DNA of 60,820 nt, filler included, from Basidioascus undulatus (lineage: Eukaryota), in assembly GCA_000826855.1 (NCBI GenBank). It is 10 parts of 10 records of this genome, joined end to end, with 100 filler letters (N's around TTAATTAATTAA, not from the genome) between each part and the next. Parts side by side here need not be neighbours in the genome. Positions count along the whole stretch, not along the records: positions 1 to 24,912 come from JTLS01000229.1; 9 more parts are not named here. One strand, given 5' to 3'. Positions 1 through 12,279 of this stretch are shown one piece after another. The notes beneath the pieces are model-generated. The model saw only the letters and a list, made by a program, of their open reading frames with translations, was not told the DNA's origin and searched no databases. Numbering within the stretch: position 1 is the first letter of the stretch; each line of letters opens with the position of its first letter. A program made the translations under genes and the position numbers.

Positions 1-1612
1 GCGCCGGGTGGCCCGACCGCCCCGGCAGTCCCGACCGTGTCGCGCCTCCCGCCCTCGCAGCACCCGCTCTCGGCGCGCGACGCCTTCCGCCAGGCCGTCG
101 GAAGCCACCCCTCCCTCCGCAGCGACGTGCTCGCCAAGCTCGAGAACCCCCTCAGCGGCCCGCCCAGCCTTGGGGGGAGCAGGCGCGGCAGCGTGTTTGG
201 AGAGGACGAGGGCAGCCTTACCAAAGGCGAGGAGGGCGAGGGCGCGGGACTGGAGAAGATCCCGAAGCGGCGCGCGAGCATGGCGGAATGGTTGACTAAG
301 ACGAGCGCCCAGGACGGGACGCTGCCTGAGAGCATCGAGGTAAGTCGAGAGTCTGACAGCTATTGGTGCTGTGTGCTGACGCTTAATGTTGGGACTCCAG
401 AACCCCATCACCGACCGCACTGTTCCGCCCACTAGCGCCGGGCTCGAGCCGGACTACCCGAGCATGGCAGGCTCGCTCACCGCTGCCGCGCGCGCAGATT
501 CGACCTCGTACGCTGCGATCCAGTCGCCGATCATCGCGCCTGAGGCGGACCCGACGTCAGTGCAGGCCGCCCTGGGGCGGCGCGGCTCGCAGTCCGCTGG
601 ATCCTTCGGCGCCGCGCGCTCCTTCTCCGCCTCCATCGGCGGCGGTGCGACGCTGGACGACTACCCCGAGCAGCCCGGGGACGACGCGACGCGGCCGCAC
701 CTGCCCGAGAACTTCCCGTCTATGGCGACGTCCCTGACGGACACAACGTCCCTGGACGCCACGCAGCCGGAGCACATCCACCGGCCGCCGCAGAGCGAGG
801 AGCGGGAGGAAGACACGCTGCCCAGGAAGCCGCGCGCGCTCTCCATGCGCCAGACGACGCTCAGCTTGCTCGGCATGCCCGACGTCAAGGAGACGCCGTT
901 CTTCGACCGTTACCGGCCCGACGCGGTCCACGACTACGCGGTTGAGGACGAGGACGCGCCCGAGCCGCAGAGGCCTATGTCAAGGTCCCTTACCCCCGCG
1001 GCCAGCCGCGATGAGGTGCGTTGGCTTGGTTTCATGCCCTGCCGTGGCCAGGACGATCGCTAATCCCGCTTCCTTGTCTCAGACTCTCGCCGAGAACATG
1101 ACCCGCGGTGGGCGCCGTCAGAGCGAGAGTTGCTTTGTCGGCCTTGATCAAGCCGACCTCCGGAAACGCCGCATGTCGGCCAGTCTGAACGAGGAGACCA
1201 ACTATGATGCCACTTGTACGCCCATCTCCTCTATCTCCTCCCTCTCACGCAAGCCCCGCTCACTCTATTCCTTCTCCGCTCCATTGCAGTGCCTGACAAC
1301 ATCGCCTCCCCCCCGACCTCGCGGCCCGTCTCGCGCTCTTCCTCGCGAGCTGGCTCGCGGCGTGGCAGCCGCCCGTCCTTCACGGGCCTGACGCAGATGA
1401 CGTCGATGAGCGAGATCGGGCTCGACGAGCGCACGCGGCGCGACAGCTCGAACCCGGACCCGCACGCCAAGCGCCCCTCGCCGGACGACGCCAAGAACAA
1501 GGACAAGGAGAAGGACGAGTTCCACGGGCTCAAGCGCCGGCCGTCGATGGCGAGCTACTTGACGCCTGAGATGCAGGAGGATAGGACGCAGGCGGATTGG
1601 TACGACTATTAG
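1..1612 (+). CDS. 3' part of a multi-exon gene; low-complexity protein rich in RRxS (PKA-type) motifs, function unknown
   Basis: Exons ~1-339, 400-1014, 1083-1215 and 1290-1612 join in frame through GT..AG introns and end QADWYDY-TAG at 1610-1612. Strong GC3 bias. No domain recognised. Confidence 0.65.
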
Positions 1613-2203
1613 GAATCGCATGAGCACGAGAGAAGGAAGGGATGAGTACGATTTGAAGCGATGAATGAATGAATGAACATGTGACACTCGATACCTTCAC
1701 ACCCTGTCTGCGGATTGCATCAGCGTAACATTGTATGGCAAAGATCGGGTGTGCCTGCGCAAATGAACTCGGAAGGTACTCGCATCGCAGCATCTGGGAC
1801 AGTACCGGACGGCCTTGATTCGGATTGGATTGTTGGAAGTGAGGAACTTTCAGGGCGATACTGAAAGAAGTGATCATGCGCGTTCAGGGGATACTGAAGT
1901 GATGTACTTTCAGGAGGGCCGCTGAGATTGCACTCGTGCGCATGGCTGCACCCAGCGCGGCAGAAGCAGTAGAAGCAGTCCGGCTTGTCTTCTTGTTGGC
2001 AGGGTACGAAAGTTGCATAAGAAGATAGAGCAGGAAACAGATCGACAGAACGATGTTAACACTGGAGTACAAAGCGAGAAAGACTGAAAACACCAAAAAG
2101 ACCGCGGATGCGGTGGCTGCAGCATGAAACCGAGACCTGGCAATTGCACGAAAGCTCTCTCAAAAACCCTCTCCTTCGGACTCCACAAAAAAAGTCGAGA
2201 AAT

Positions 2204-4169
2204 CTACGCCGACTGCTTGGCAGCTATGTCGCGCAGCTGCCGTCCGAGGGTGCGGTGGTCCGGATCCCTGTGGCCGACAGCGGAGAAGTGCGTGGAGAGA
2301 GTCTTCTTATCTGTAAGGCCATTCAAGGCGCATCAAACGTCAGCCGGACGTCGTTGAGAATAGCTCAACATAACGTACTCTTGTACGCCTTGCCGCAGCC
2401 AGGGACGAGGCAGACGAATGTCCGGGGCTCGGGGTCTGGCTCGGCCGCTGCGTTCTTGCGGCGACGCTTGGCCTTGGGCGACGGCTCCGCGGATTCTGCG
2501 GAAAGCTCGCTCGGAGGTGGAGAAGGCTGGTGATGCAAATTGGAAAGGGTGAGCTTCGAAGAGGGGGTAAAAGTGAGAACGCCACGTACAGGCGCTGTCG
2601 CGATCGTGACGCGAGAGCCGCCGACGTGCGTGATGGTCGCTTTCGACGTGGACGCGTTGGAGCTGGTCTCGGACAGGGAGGGACAGGCGGAGCGCTTCCT
2701 GTGATTCCACTGTGAGGGTGAAACCGTCAGCACTTGAGCAGCTCGTCTGCCGGTGAGGGGAAGACTTACGAGGCTCGTCCGGTGCGCATAGCGCTTTCCG
2801 CATGCGCACGCATACGGCCTCGACGGGTCGTCCGGCGTCGGCTGGGTATCGTAGTTGAGAGCCACGCCCGTGTGCTCGGTCATTCGTTGCAGCACAGGGC
2901 TTGAAGGCTCGCTGTCGTGTGGCGATGGTTCTGGCGGAAATGTGTATATGAGCCTGCAAGCCTATTCTCTCGAGGGCCACAGTGAGGAGGGCCCGCTTAT
3001 AGCCATACCTTTCGGCAGCGCTCCTGGACATTTGCCGCTCTTGACGTGGTTGTACTGCAAACAGCCGCGCTTAGAACGTCGCGATTTGGCAGCGGAAGGG
3101 AACAACACTCACCACGCTCTCCTTGTATGCGTAGCGCTTGTCGCATACACAAACGAAAGGCTTCGTGTTGCTCTGCGATGCTCCCGACGCTACCGCGCAA
3201 GTGCCGTAGGTGCGGTGGCGTCGCTGAAACAAAGCCGTCAGTGCTTGAGGAGCCTGCACACCAGCTTACGCCAAGACTCACGAGCTCGCGAGATGTCGAA
3301 AATACCTCCTTGCACCCTTCAGCATCGCAGGTGAAGGGGGACAGCTCGCCGAGTGCAGGTGAGTCGTCGGGGGTGAGCGGCGGCGAGCGGAGAGAGAGGC
3401 GTGCGCTCGAGCGCTGTGGGACCTCAGCTGTGAAAGTCTCGGGCTGTTGGTCATGGAACATACGGTGGCCTTTTCAATCTCTTCCGGTTCCGGCGGTCCG
3501 ACCGGCGGTCCAGGAATGTAGAGGGGTGCTGAGCCGGCGCAAGCGGGATTGGTGGATTGGCTTAGCGGACTGGCCAGGTTTGAGAACGAACAAACGAGCG
3601 CGAGCGTACTGTAGTCGTATTCCTCGCGACATGCTTTCAGCATCTTGTGGGATTCCTGGATGATTGACATTGTCAACCAGACAAAGCAACAAAGCGTAGA
3701 AGAGTGAGGGAATGGTCGAGCGTGAGCAACTTACCAGATTCTTCGCGTACCGATAGCGCTTGTCGCATCCCGGCGTGGAGCAGACGAAGGGATACTTGAC
3801 GGGAAGTCCGTGCTCTCCGTCCTTGAGTCTCACAAAAAAAGCGTTACCAAACGATTCAGTCAATGAGAGCGAAGATAAAGGGCACTGACGTCCGTCGCCG
3901 CAGTGAGTGCCGCGGACGCGGAGCCTCTGGGTCGCCTCGAGCGTCGAAGACCAACGGCAGAGTCCTGCGTCGGGATTATCCCTTGTAAGTCAGGAAAAGC
4001 CTGTCCAAGGGCTCTAGAAGTGCTTGCTTACAGGATCAGGACCAGCGTTCGTATTGCTCCAAGACGGCGACGGCGTCGAGCTCGTTTCCCAGCCCAATCG
4101 CAAGCGCGCCGGGACGCTTCCGACGTGTTCGGTGGGAATCAGGGACTTTCCAGGAGTGTTGTTCTGCAT
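2204..4169 (-). CDS. Multi-zinc-finger protein A (4 CCHC-type fingers + 1 Sfp1-like C2H2 finger), multi-exon
   Basis: Manual splicing gives CSTPGCDKRYRYAKNL|ESHKMLKAC, CDAEGCKEVFSTSREL|RRHRTYGTC, CVCDKRYAYKESV|YNHVKSGKC, CACGKRYAHRTSL|WNHRKRSAC and CLVPGCGKAYK|NKKTLSTHFSAVGH. ATG at 4169 is tentative; TAG at 2204-2206. Confidence 0.8.
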
Positions 4170-5190
4170 CAGTGCTACTAAGTTTGGTGAGAGAGTTACG
4201 TTGGCGTGTCGGTGCCTGCTAGGCCAGGCGAGTGATGAGCGCAACTGAGGAAGCGGCGGATGCGCGCCGGGTCGGGACGGACGGGCGACCGTGCCCCTTT
4301 GAGTATTCTGTTTGACCAGCCTCGCACTGACAAGAAGAAAAGTTCATAGTACTACAAATGTGGGCTCTTTGAAGGAAAAATCGTCTATCTGGATGTTCAC
4401 AATTGCACAAGGACGCTGGGATCCGCTGGCCCGATGGGCTTCCAGCCTCCAGCTGTGTTAGGGCTTGGACCTGGCATTCACATCGGTCGTCATGTTGCAT
4501 GGGTACCTAAACGTCTGAAAGAGATGAAAGCCTGCTATGAACTTTTGGTCGTCCGGGCCGGAGCGTAGCTTCTTTGGCACGAGGATTCCTTTATGGGGAG
4601 GGCGACCACTTTCGACTCGAGGTTCGGCGCACAACTTCGATGATCTTTTGTTTCTCCCAAGAGATAAAGAGATAAAGTGCTGCAAAAAAACGGAGCTTTC
4701 TATTCCCCTGTTTAGAGCTGATGTCGCCTATACGGCTTCAGCGGTACTCTGATGCTCCACGGCCACTAGATGTGAGCGAACGACGTCCGCAATCAACATG
4801 GCCATGATAGCAGCCTCCATGACATCGGATGCAGGCTTCTTGACAAATATTGGAACCCAAAACTCCTCTTTGAAATAGAGTTTTCGCTCCGGGCTGCTCT
4901 TCACACGCCATCTGGGTGCCTAAGGAAGGGCGGAAGGTTCGAGAGGTGTTGGATATCTGCTGGCTGGGACTGGGTTGATAGGTCCTGCAAGCGAGAACGC
5001 TCTTTCAAGCTATGACTTGATGCTGTAAGAACGATGGCAAGGTAAAATGTAAAGGCTGCGAACTCCGAGGCTGCCCAGCTGGCGCTGAAGTGAAACTTCC
5101 TCGTCGCAAGCGTTGGGAGAACGGCATTCCCAGCAAAGCTAGCTGATGCGATAAGATGATGTATGGCGCGAAACAGAAAGAAGCAGGGGG

Positions 5191-7708
5191 CTACATCTCC
5201 CCGTTGTCCATCGTGCTTGACGGCCCGCCCTCCACATCGTCGACCTTCCTCGCCTTGAGCCTCACCACCAACGGCCGCGCCTCCGTGTCTATTGGCTTGG
5301 ACTCGCCCGGACTGACGAGCCGGATTCCGGGCATGAGCATGCTGGGGTCCGGCGAAGGAGGAGCCCCGAAGATTGACGGCTGCAGCGAGTGCTCACGCGA
5401 CGGTTCGCGCGACGGCTCTGGGGATGGCTGCGATGGCTGCAGGAAGTCGTGAGACCACGCAGGAGCTACGGAAGCTGGAGACGCAGAGTCACGAACCTGA
5501 TAAGTAGCGAAGGAAGCTTCGGATTTCCAGTCCTCTCCGCTCTCCGCTGGCTCTGCTCCTGGAAGGATGAAGCTACGCCGCAGCGCCCGCGTAGGCCTGC
5601 CGCTCGCCTCGTCGCGCAAGCGGCGCCCAAGCTCGCCGTGTCCGTTCTCGCGGTTGTAGGAGAAGTGCGCGGCGAGACCGTTCGAGTCTTTCGATTTAAT
5701 GTTAGATGCCGCGTGCCGTAAGCCAGTAATTGATGGGACGTACTCTTGTAGGCCTTGCCGCAACCTGGAACGAGACAGACGTATGGGCGAGGAACGTTGT
5801 CGGGCGCAGACGCGGTTGGAGCTGATGCAGGGGGAGTCGAGTCGAAGGTGGTATCCTGCACACAATTGAAACGTAAGTAAATCAACTGGTTGATGATGCC
5901 GCGTGTGACGGCGCACGGGAGGACGCAGTTCCGGCGCCGGCGCGCTCCGAGGCAACTGGTCCATTGGCATGAGTTGCTGAAGCTCTGGAAGAAAATCGGG
6001 AGCAACTTTCTGCCTCCAGTCTATTGGGACTTGCGACTGCGTCAGGGGAGAGCGTCGGGGACTCGCGAAAGCAGGGAGACTTGCCCTCGAACGACAGCCC
6101 GGGACACGCTCCGCGCTTTTTGTGGGTGTACTGTCGGCCAACGTTCTTGTAAGGTGGATTTCGAAGCCGAAAATAAGACAACTTTTCCGTACAACACTCG
6201 CTTTGTGGAGGTAAGCCTTGCCGCAGTCGCAGACGAAATGCTTCGCCGCGCTGGCATGCGCGTTGGCCGCGTCGTATGCCATTTCGTACGGGTCCGGCGA
6301 TTGAGTTGACCTCGACGGCGAGGGCATCGGAAGGAGCTGGCCATTCGGCGTCGCGTGTGCAGCATCGAAGGCGCCCATGGCGGGGGGCTGCCCGGCCGGG
6401 ATAGAGGGACCGGAGAACGCGTACGGTGCGTCCGTTGCGAAGGGAAACCCGCCTGCGTTCGAACATAAAGGAATCAGTAAAGAGGTGTGCTAATTACTGA
6501 AACGAATTCAACGCACCTTGGCCGTGAGAACCCGGGCACTTTCCGCTTTTGACATGGTTGTACTGCAAGAAATGTCAATGTGACGCTCAAACCGCCGCGC
6601 TAACAAGAAGAACGCACCAGACTAGCACGGTAGGCGTACGCCTTCCCGCAAACGCATACGTGAGAGGCAGATGGCGCAACGACTGCTTCCGCCGGCGACG
6701 TAGAACTGCCGGTCGTCCCATATGCGCAGACCGCGATGTGCTGCCGCTGCAGGTCGAGCCGTCAGTCTCTCACTCGCCAACTTCGACCTGTTCTCAGGAT
6801 ACGCACAAGAGCGTTGTCGTCCGAGAAATTCTCTGCGCATCCGCGCGCGCTATTCGAACATGTCGAAACGCCGTCGAGCGACTCGCTGGTGCTTCCGTGC
6901 GAGAGCCGCCGCGCAGGATCTTGCCCATCCTATCCGCACACAAAATTTTCAGCAGAGTCCGCTGCAGAGCCATGATTAGAGGTTCTTACACTTCCCCACG
7001 CGGGAGTCGGGTGAGTGGCGCACGAGGTCGAGGGGAGCGAGCCTGCCAACAGAGCGTGAGACAAGCGCTGGAATGATCGATGTGCGCCACGCAAGTCTTT
7101 GCGGACGCGTACCTTTGCAGCCATTCGCGACAGCTCCCACAGGAGCGATTCTGCACCGCCGTGACTGAAGATGTTGGTCCTAGGGTGCACTTACTTTGAG
7201 TAAATTCGCGGCGGTGAGGAGATGAGGAGTGGCATACGAGGAAGGCTTGGAAGCGGAAGCGCTGATCGCAACCGGGACACACGAACGGCAACTTGGGCGG
7301 TCGACCCCGGCGCCTAGCTGGAGCAGCGGGAGTCTAATGCCTTATCGTCAGTCACTTTCCAGTGAGAGCGTATATTGTGAACAGTACGAGCCACACGCAC
7401 GGTGGCAACGGGCGGCGGCGAGGCGGAGGAAGACTCCGGCACGTCGAGACGTGCGCGCTTCTCATCGCCTTCGGACTCATCCTGTTGGCATTGCGAGGAG
7501 TCAGAACCAGCAGTACATTCTTGCAGAATTTGGCACAACAAATGATGTGATATACCTTCATCGTGGTGTCCGGAGAGCTCCGCTTCTCACCGCCTTGCCA
7601 TTGCGGGGCCGGCTCGGGCTCAGGGGGCACGATGCTTGGGCGGAGTCTGGCCGGTAAAGACATAGTCCAATCGGGTATTGGTGACGGTGGTGGGAACGAG
7701 GTGGACAT
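5191..7708 (-). CDS. Multi-zinc-finger protein B, paralogue of A (AT-hook + 3 CCHC-type fingers + 1 Sfp1-like C2H2 finger)
   Basis: Spliced: RRRGRPPKLPFVCPGCDQRFRFQAFL|DQHLQSRRC, HVCVCGKAYAYRASL|YNHVKSGKC, FVCDCGKAYLHKASV|YTHKKRGAC and YVCLVPGCGKAYK|NSNGLAAHFSYNRENGH. Shares N-terminal S(L/V)PARLR and C-terminal LGRxLRD with gene A. Confidence 0.8.
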
Positions 7709-9242
7709 GTTGGCGACGATGATACAAATTTGCTAGACGGGCTGCGTGGTAGCGCTGAAGAGATCGTGCCGTTGCGAGGAGAGAGCAAGGACGGACAAGA
7801 TGAGACGCGCAACATTTCGCAACGCCGCAGCGGCCGGGACTTTTCCCGCCTTTGCAATGCTGACACACTGCGGCCTTGACTGCAATCGTCTCGCACTGGA
7901 AAAGTGCTGCTAAACTACTGCTTCTCAATATTTTAGAGGTCTCCTCATATACAGAGGTCTAACTTACTGGTGTTAATGTATCCAGAGGGCCAAAAAGAAA
8001 ACTGCGAGGCGGACTCTGACAGTTCTCCATGGACAGGTTGCCATCTGACACGTGACGTGCATCGAGCCTTTGAAATCTCCATCCTTGCCTCTTTATCAAG
8101 CTTCTTATACTTGTCTGGCCGATGCACAATTTGTGGATGCGTGATCGAGTAATCTCTGTATACTGGTCCCTAGCGCAGCCGATGAGCACCAGAAGACTTG
8201 CAGCAGCTAGATTACACACCGCGATGCACTGCGATGTGCCATGACACTTTCTGCTGCTCGCTTTAGCCGGATACGGGCCTCCTAATTTTTTAAGAGTTTA
8301 AGAGTTTCATAAAAACACAACTGAGAGAGTGTTGGATCCCAGCCGAGCTGCACTTGACTTCAGGTCCGTGGACAACCTGACAGCCTATGCCGATAGACCG
8401 CACATGTTTAGTTGTTGAGACATTTCAAGCATTTCAAGTGAAAAAGGTTCAACGAATATGATTGGAAATAGAGCAATAAAATATGAATTGTAAATATTGT
8501 AGAGCCAATGTTGGAAATGCCCCGACTGTGTGTTGGAAGAAGAGAGGGAAGTGAACTGGGTCGTCCCGTCGCAAAGCACGCACACGTTCCCCGGAAAGGG
8601 AAATTGTATGCCTTTGGGGCATCTTAAAGTCCAATTTATGCTAAACTAGCGAGTCCCCTAAAGGCTTTCTGTATTTCAGGGCGAACATCTGTCCTAGGTA
8701 TCTCCGGTCGTGCTCGCCGTGGAAAACATTGAATAGCCATTATGACGTGCGGAAAAGTTAAAATTGTTGATTCTCGATCATATACAGCCAAGTATCTGTT
8801 ACACGTTCAGAGCATGGGAAGGGGCAAGTGGGAGTGTGTGTAGTTGAGGAGCAATGCGGTTCGTGGCAAAAAGGTGGATCACCAACAGGGTAGGAATGCA
8901 ACAAACCCGGTCATGAGGTTGAATAGCAGGTAAATTGATGGTGTGGAGCACCTTAAAGGTGAAGGTAAGAGCGAACGAACGCAGAGATATTGCGTAGGGC
9001 AAAGAGCGGTAGAGAAGCAACGCAGCTCTGAAAGCTCCTTCGTAGCGACGTATTCATTGGGCAAGTGCATCAGCATCCAGATTCAATAGTAAGTATTCTG
9101 AAAAATTCGTTTAACGGTAGATAAGTTGGTACAAAATAGGAAACGAGCGTTAACAACAGGCTTTACATGCGGCGAATGCGCGGTTCAATACTCGTGAACT
9201 TGTCTTCCACGAGCGGCAGTTTCTGAGGCGGAAGGGGACCGG

Positions 9243-10631
9243 TTAAGTAAGGTCAATACAGATGCTGCAGGGACGTGCAATAGCGTTAAGAAAGAGGCCC
9301 ACCTCGACGTCCGCATCGCTCTGCACAAGAGGTTCGCCTGGCAAGCGCTTAGGGAGGAAGACGGTCGCCTTGAAAGATGATGGTCGACAGCCAGCCAGCC
9401 GAGAGCAACAGCCTCCGCCAAGACGCAAGTTCCAAAAATCGAGCCATTCGCGCTTGCACGGGCGACAGCTGAATACGACGTCGGGAAGCGGGGAAAGCTT
9501 CTCGAAGTCGGAGAGCATGTCGGCGACGGTGTCGTTCCAAAACTGCAGCAGCTCGAGGTGAATGTCTTCGAATCCCTGTCCGGCGGAATAGACACAAAAT
9601 GAGGACCTCAGGCAAGCAGCGTGGTTATCTTCGCAGAGCTCACTCTACGGCCACTGCGCATGCAGGCGTCACCGTTCGGACTGTCGCTCATGAACATGAG
9701 GAGGGGCTGGCCCTGGTAGATCTCATACCCGACCCTCGTGGCGTTGCCGCACTTAGTAGAGCGCCTGAGTTTCAGCCCAGGCCGCTTTCCGTGATCCAAG
9801 AACTCGCGGGCCCGAGGAGAAGGCTTGTTGGAATATTGGACGCGAAGAACGAGCTCGTTGGGGTAGACGTCCTGCCCCCCGTACGTCGTGATGATCTCCT
9901 GCGCAGCGGACGGCGGAGCAGGCGCCGAGAAGATGAACGTCACGTTGAATTTAATATTGGATGTCTGATGGCTTCCACATGAGTTCTGTTCCAAAGACGT
10001 TCGGGGATACTTAGGGGATGCGCAGGTCAAGCTTATACACGTCGGGATCATTGTCAACTGCAAGCGCGAGCCTTCGAGAAGCTTACAGCTGCCGAGGGCC
10101 CGGGTCGCGTATAGTTGTCCTGTGTACAGGACGGACATGTTAGTAACTTGTAATGCGTCAAAAAAAAGGAAAGAAACCCGGAGGCGAAGTGCCGCAGTGA
10201 CGGCCGTGTAAATAAACGTGGTGTTGGGCGTTGCGAAAGTCTGACCTGAGAAGTGAAAGGTGGAAGGTGCGAATTGTTTCGGCTCGAGAATTCCTAAGCA
10301 GTCGGAAGCCCTCAAAACGATACGGGGCATGATTTTGACGCACCGGCATACACGGTTGCAGGGGAGCAGTTGAGGTCGTCCCAGGAACCGTCGGTGGACA
10401 AGATCGGGTACGGCTGACAGACGCTGGGGCGGCCCTGTTCATTGGAGTCAGGGGGGGATCAACCATTTCGGGGAAAAACGGAAGAAGTGAGGCCTCGATC
10501 TGCACCTCCATGGCGAGAGTGAAAGCCGCCACCACCGCAAGGCAGTCAGCAATGATCGAGTAACCGAGGAGTGAGTAGCGTGGCTTGAAAGGGCGAGTAA
10601 CGTTGGTTGAGAGACGCCAGTCGAGAGGCAT
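9243..10631 (-). pseudogene. Disrupted or multi-exon gene resembling a basidiomycete membrane-protein family of unknown function
   Basis: MPLDWRLSTNVTRPFKPRY plus a hydrophobic segment, then GQTFATPNTTFIYT and a Cys-containing C-terminal part. The pieces lie in different frames and I could not splice them cleanly. Family resemblance is from recall only. Confidence 0.35.
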
Positions 10632-11564
10632 GGCTAGTAACGAATTATTATTAGGGTACGCGGGTGTAGGGATGTTAGCTGGATGGAGTGGTACGGTAGC
10701 TGGAGGAAGGGCGAAGGCGAGCACCTGGCGGTGAAAGTTGCTGGAAGCCCAGCGGCCAGCCAGCAGCGGTTGCTATGGCGACCGATCATCAGCAGTTTGA
10801 CTTCTCTTTCTAGAAACTCTTGGTTTCTCTGTGTGTAGTTCCATTTGCGACCCAGAGGATGAGTACCTATACCTGCAATCTTGAATCGCAACAAGCATTG
10901 CTCGCGCGGCGCTTTCAACCGACAGCTTTTGGGAAACCTCGCCCACCACCACCATAGACAAGAAGCCGGAAACAGATCATAAAAAATAGAAAGATATCAA
11001 CGAAACCTTTTACAGAACAAGAATACCTCACACGAGCTTGACACTGGACTCCTTGCCTGACGCGCCCGCGTCAGCGAGGTGCACGTTCTCGTCTATACTC
11101 AGCCAAATCGCCCGTCCACACCCTCTCAGCCATGTTTGAAAAACTCGTAAAAATGTGTAGTTGGTGACTATCCACCCTCCCACTGCATGCTGTCAGGAAG
11201 GCTAGGTGTGAGGGTGCAGACTCGGCGAAAGGGAAGACGGTAAGGGTGCAGCAGCACGTTTCACACGGCGGCTGCCGCGGGTTGCACGCCTACATGATCG
11301 ATCTGGTGAAGAAAGAACAAATAACAAAACGGTCACACTTGTAGTCCGACTCGATCTCGGTGACACCCAGCGTGTGCCCCCCTCGTTCACTCGGCGAAAC
11401 GCGAAACGACCTCCACAGCCAGACTGCCATCGCGCATCGCTGACTTCCCAATCGTCCTCGATCCCAGTCGTCGCCGCCCAGTCTCCCTGCACCCAAGTTC
11501 CAGTATAGCATTTTCAAGGTCAGGTCTTCACGTTCTCATCTTAATCTCCTTCCCCAGCGCAGCC

Positions 11565-12174
11565 ATGGATCCCCCCTCGTCCCTGCTCCTGGCCCTCCCG
11601 CCCGAGCTCCTGCTCCACCTCCTCTCCGCGCCCTTCTTCCCCTCCGCGCGGACGCTCCTCCCCGTGCGCCTCACCTCGCGGGGACTGCGCGATGCGGTGG
11701 ACGCCGTGCTCCTCGCGCGTGCGCGGAAGCAGCTCGAGGACGAGCGCAAGTGTGTCTGTGTGAGTTGGTACGGCGGGGTGTGTGGGTGCGCTTGACACCA
11801 CCTCACGCGAGCTCGCTCTCTTCCCTTGCGAAGTTCGAGGCAGGCTCTCCGGGTGCGTCTCTCCATCTTTCCCATTTCCCCGGTTCCTTCCTCCGTTCCA
11901 TCCAACATCTGACCATGATCTCGACGGGTACACAGCGGACCCCCATCAATCGCCCCTCCTCCCCCTGTCCCTCTCCCCTTCCCCGGAACCACACCCGCAT
12001 CTCCTCCGCTTCACCTTCCCCCCACATCGCCCGCTGCTCGTGCCCTTCGACACGAGCGCAGCTGACGACCCGCACGCGTTCGCGACGCTCGTCCTCGGGC
12101 TGCGCATCGCCCCGCGTCGGGGGGTCGATGCAGGCCGCCGGGCGGGGAGGAGGGTCGTAGAGGGGCTGGAGAGG
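11565..12174 (+). CDS. F-box-like protein, N-terminal exons (appears spliced onto the downstream kinase)
   Basis: MDPPSSLLLALPPELLLHLLSAP...LLPVRLTSRGLRDAV is an F-box-like pattern. Introns ~11760-11833 and ~11852-11935; the third exon ends at a GTGCGT donor at 12175. Confidence 0.6.
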
Positions 12175-12279
12175 GTGCGTGGGTTCCTTCTCACTCCTCA
12201 CCTCATGCACGCTGGCCGCGCTTCTTCTAAGAACGTCTCGGCTGACGAAAGGCATGGGCTCGCTCCGCTCGCCCCGCAG

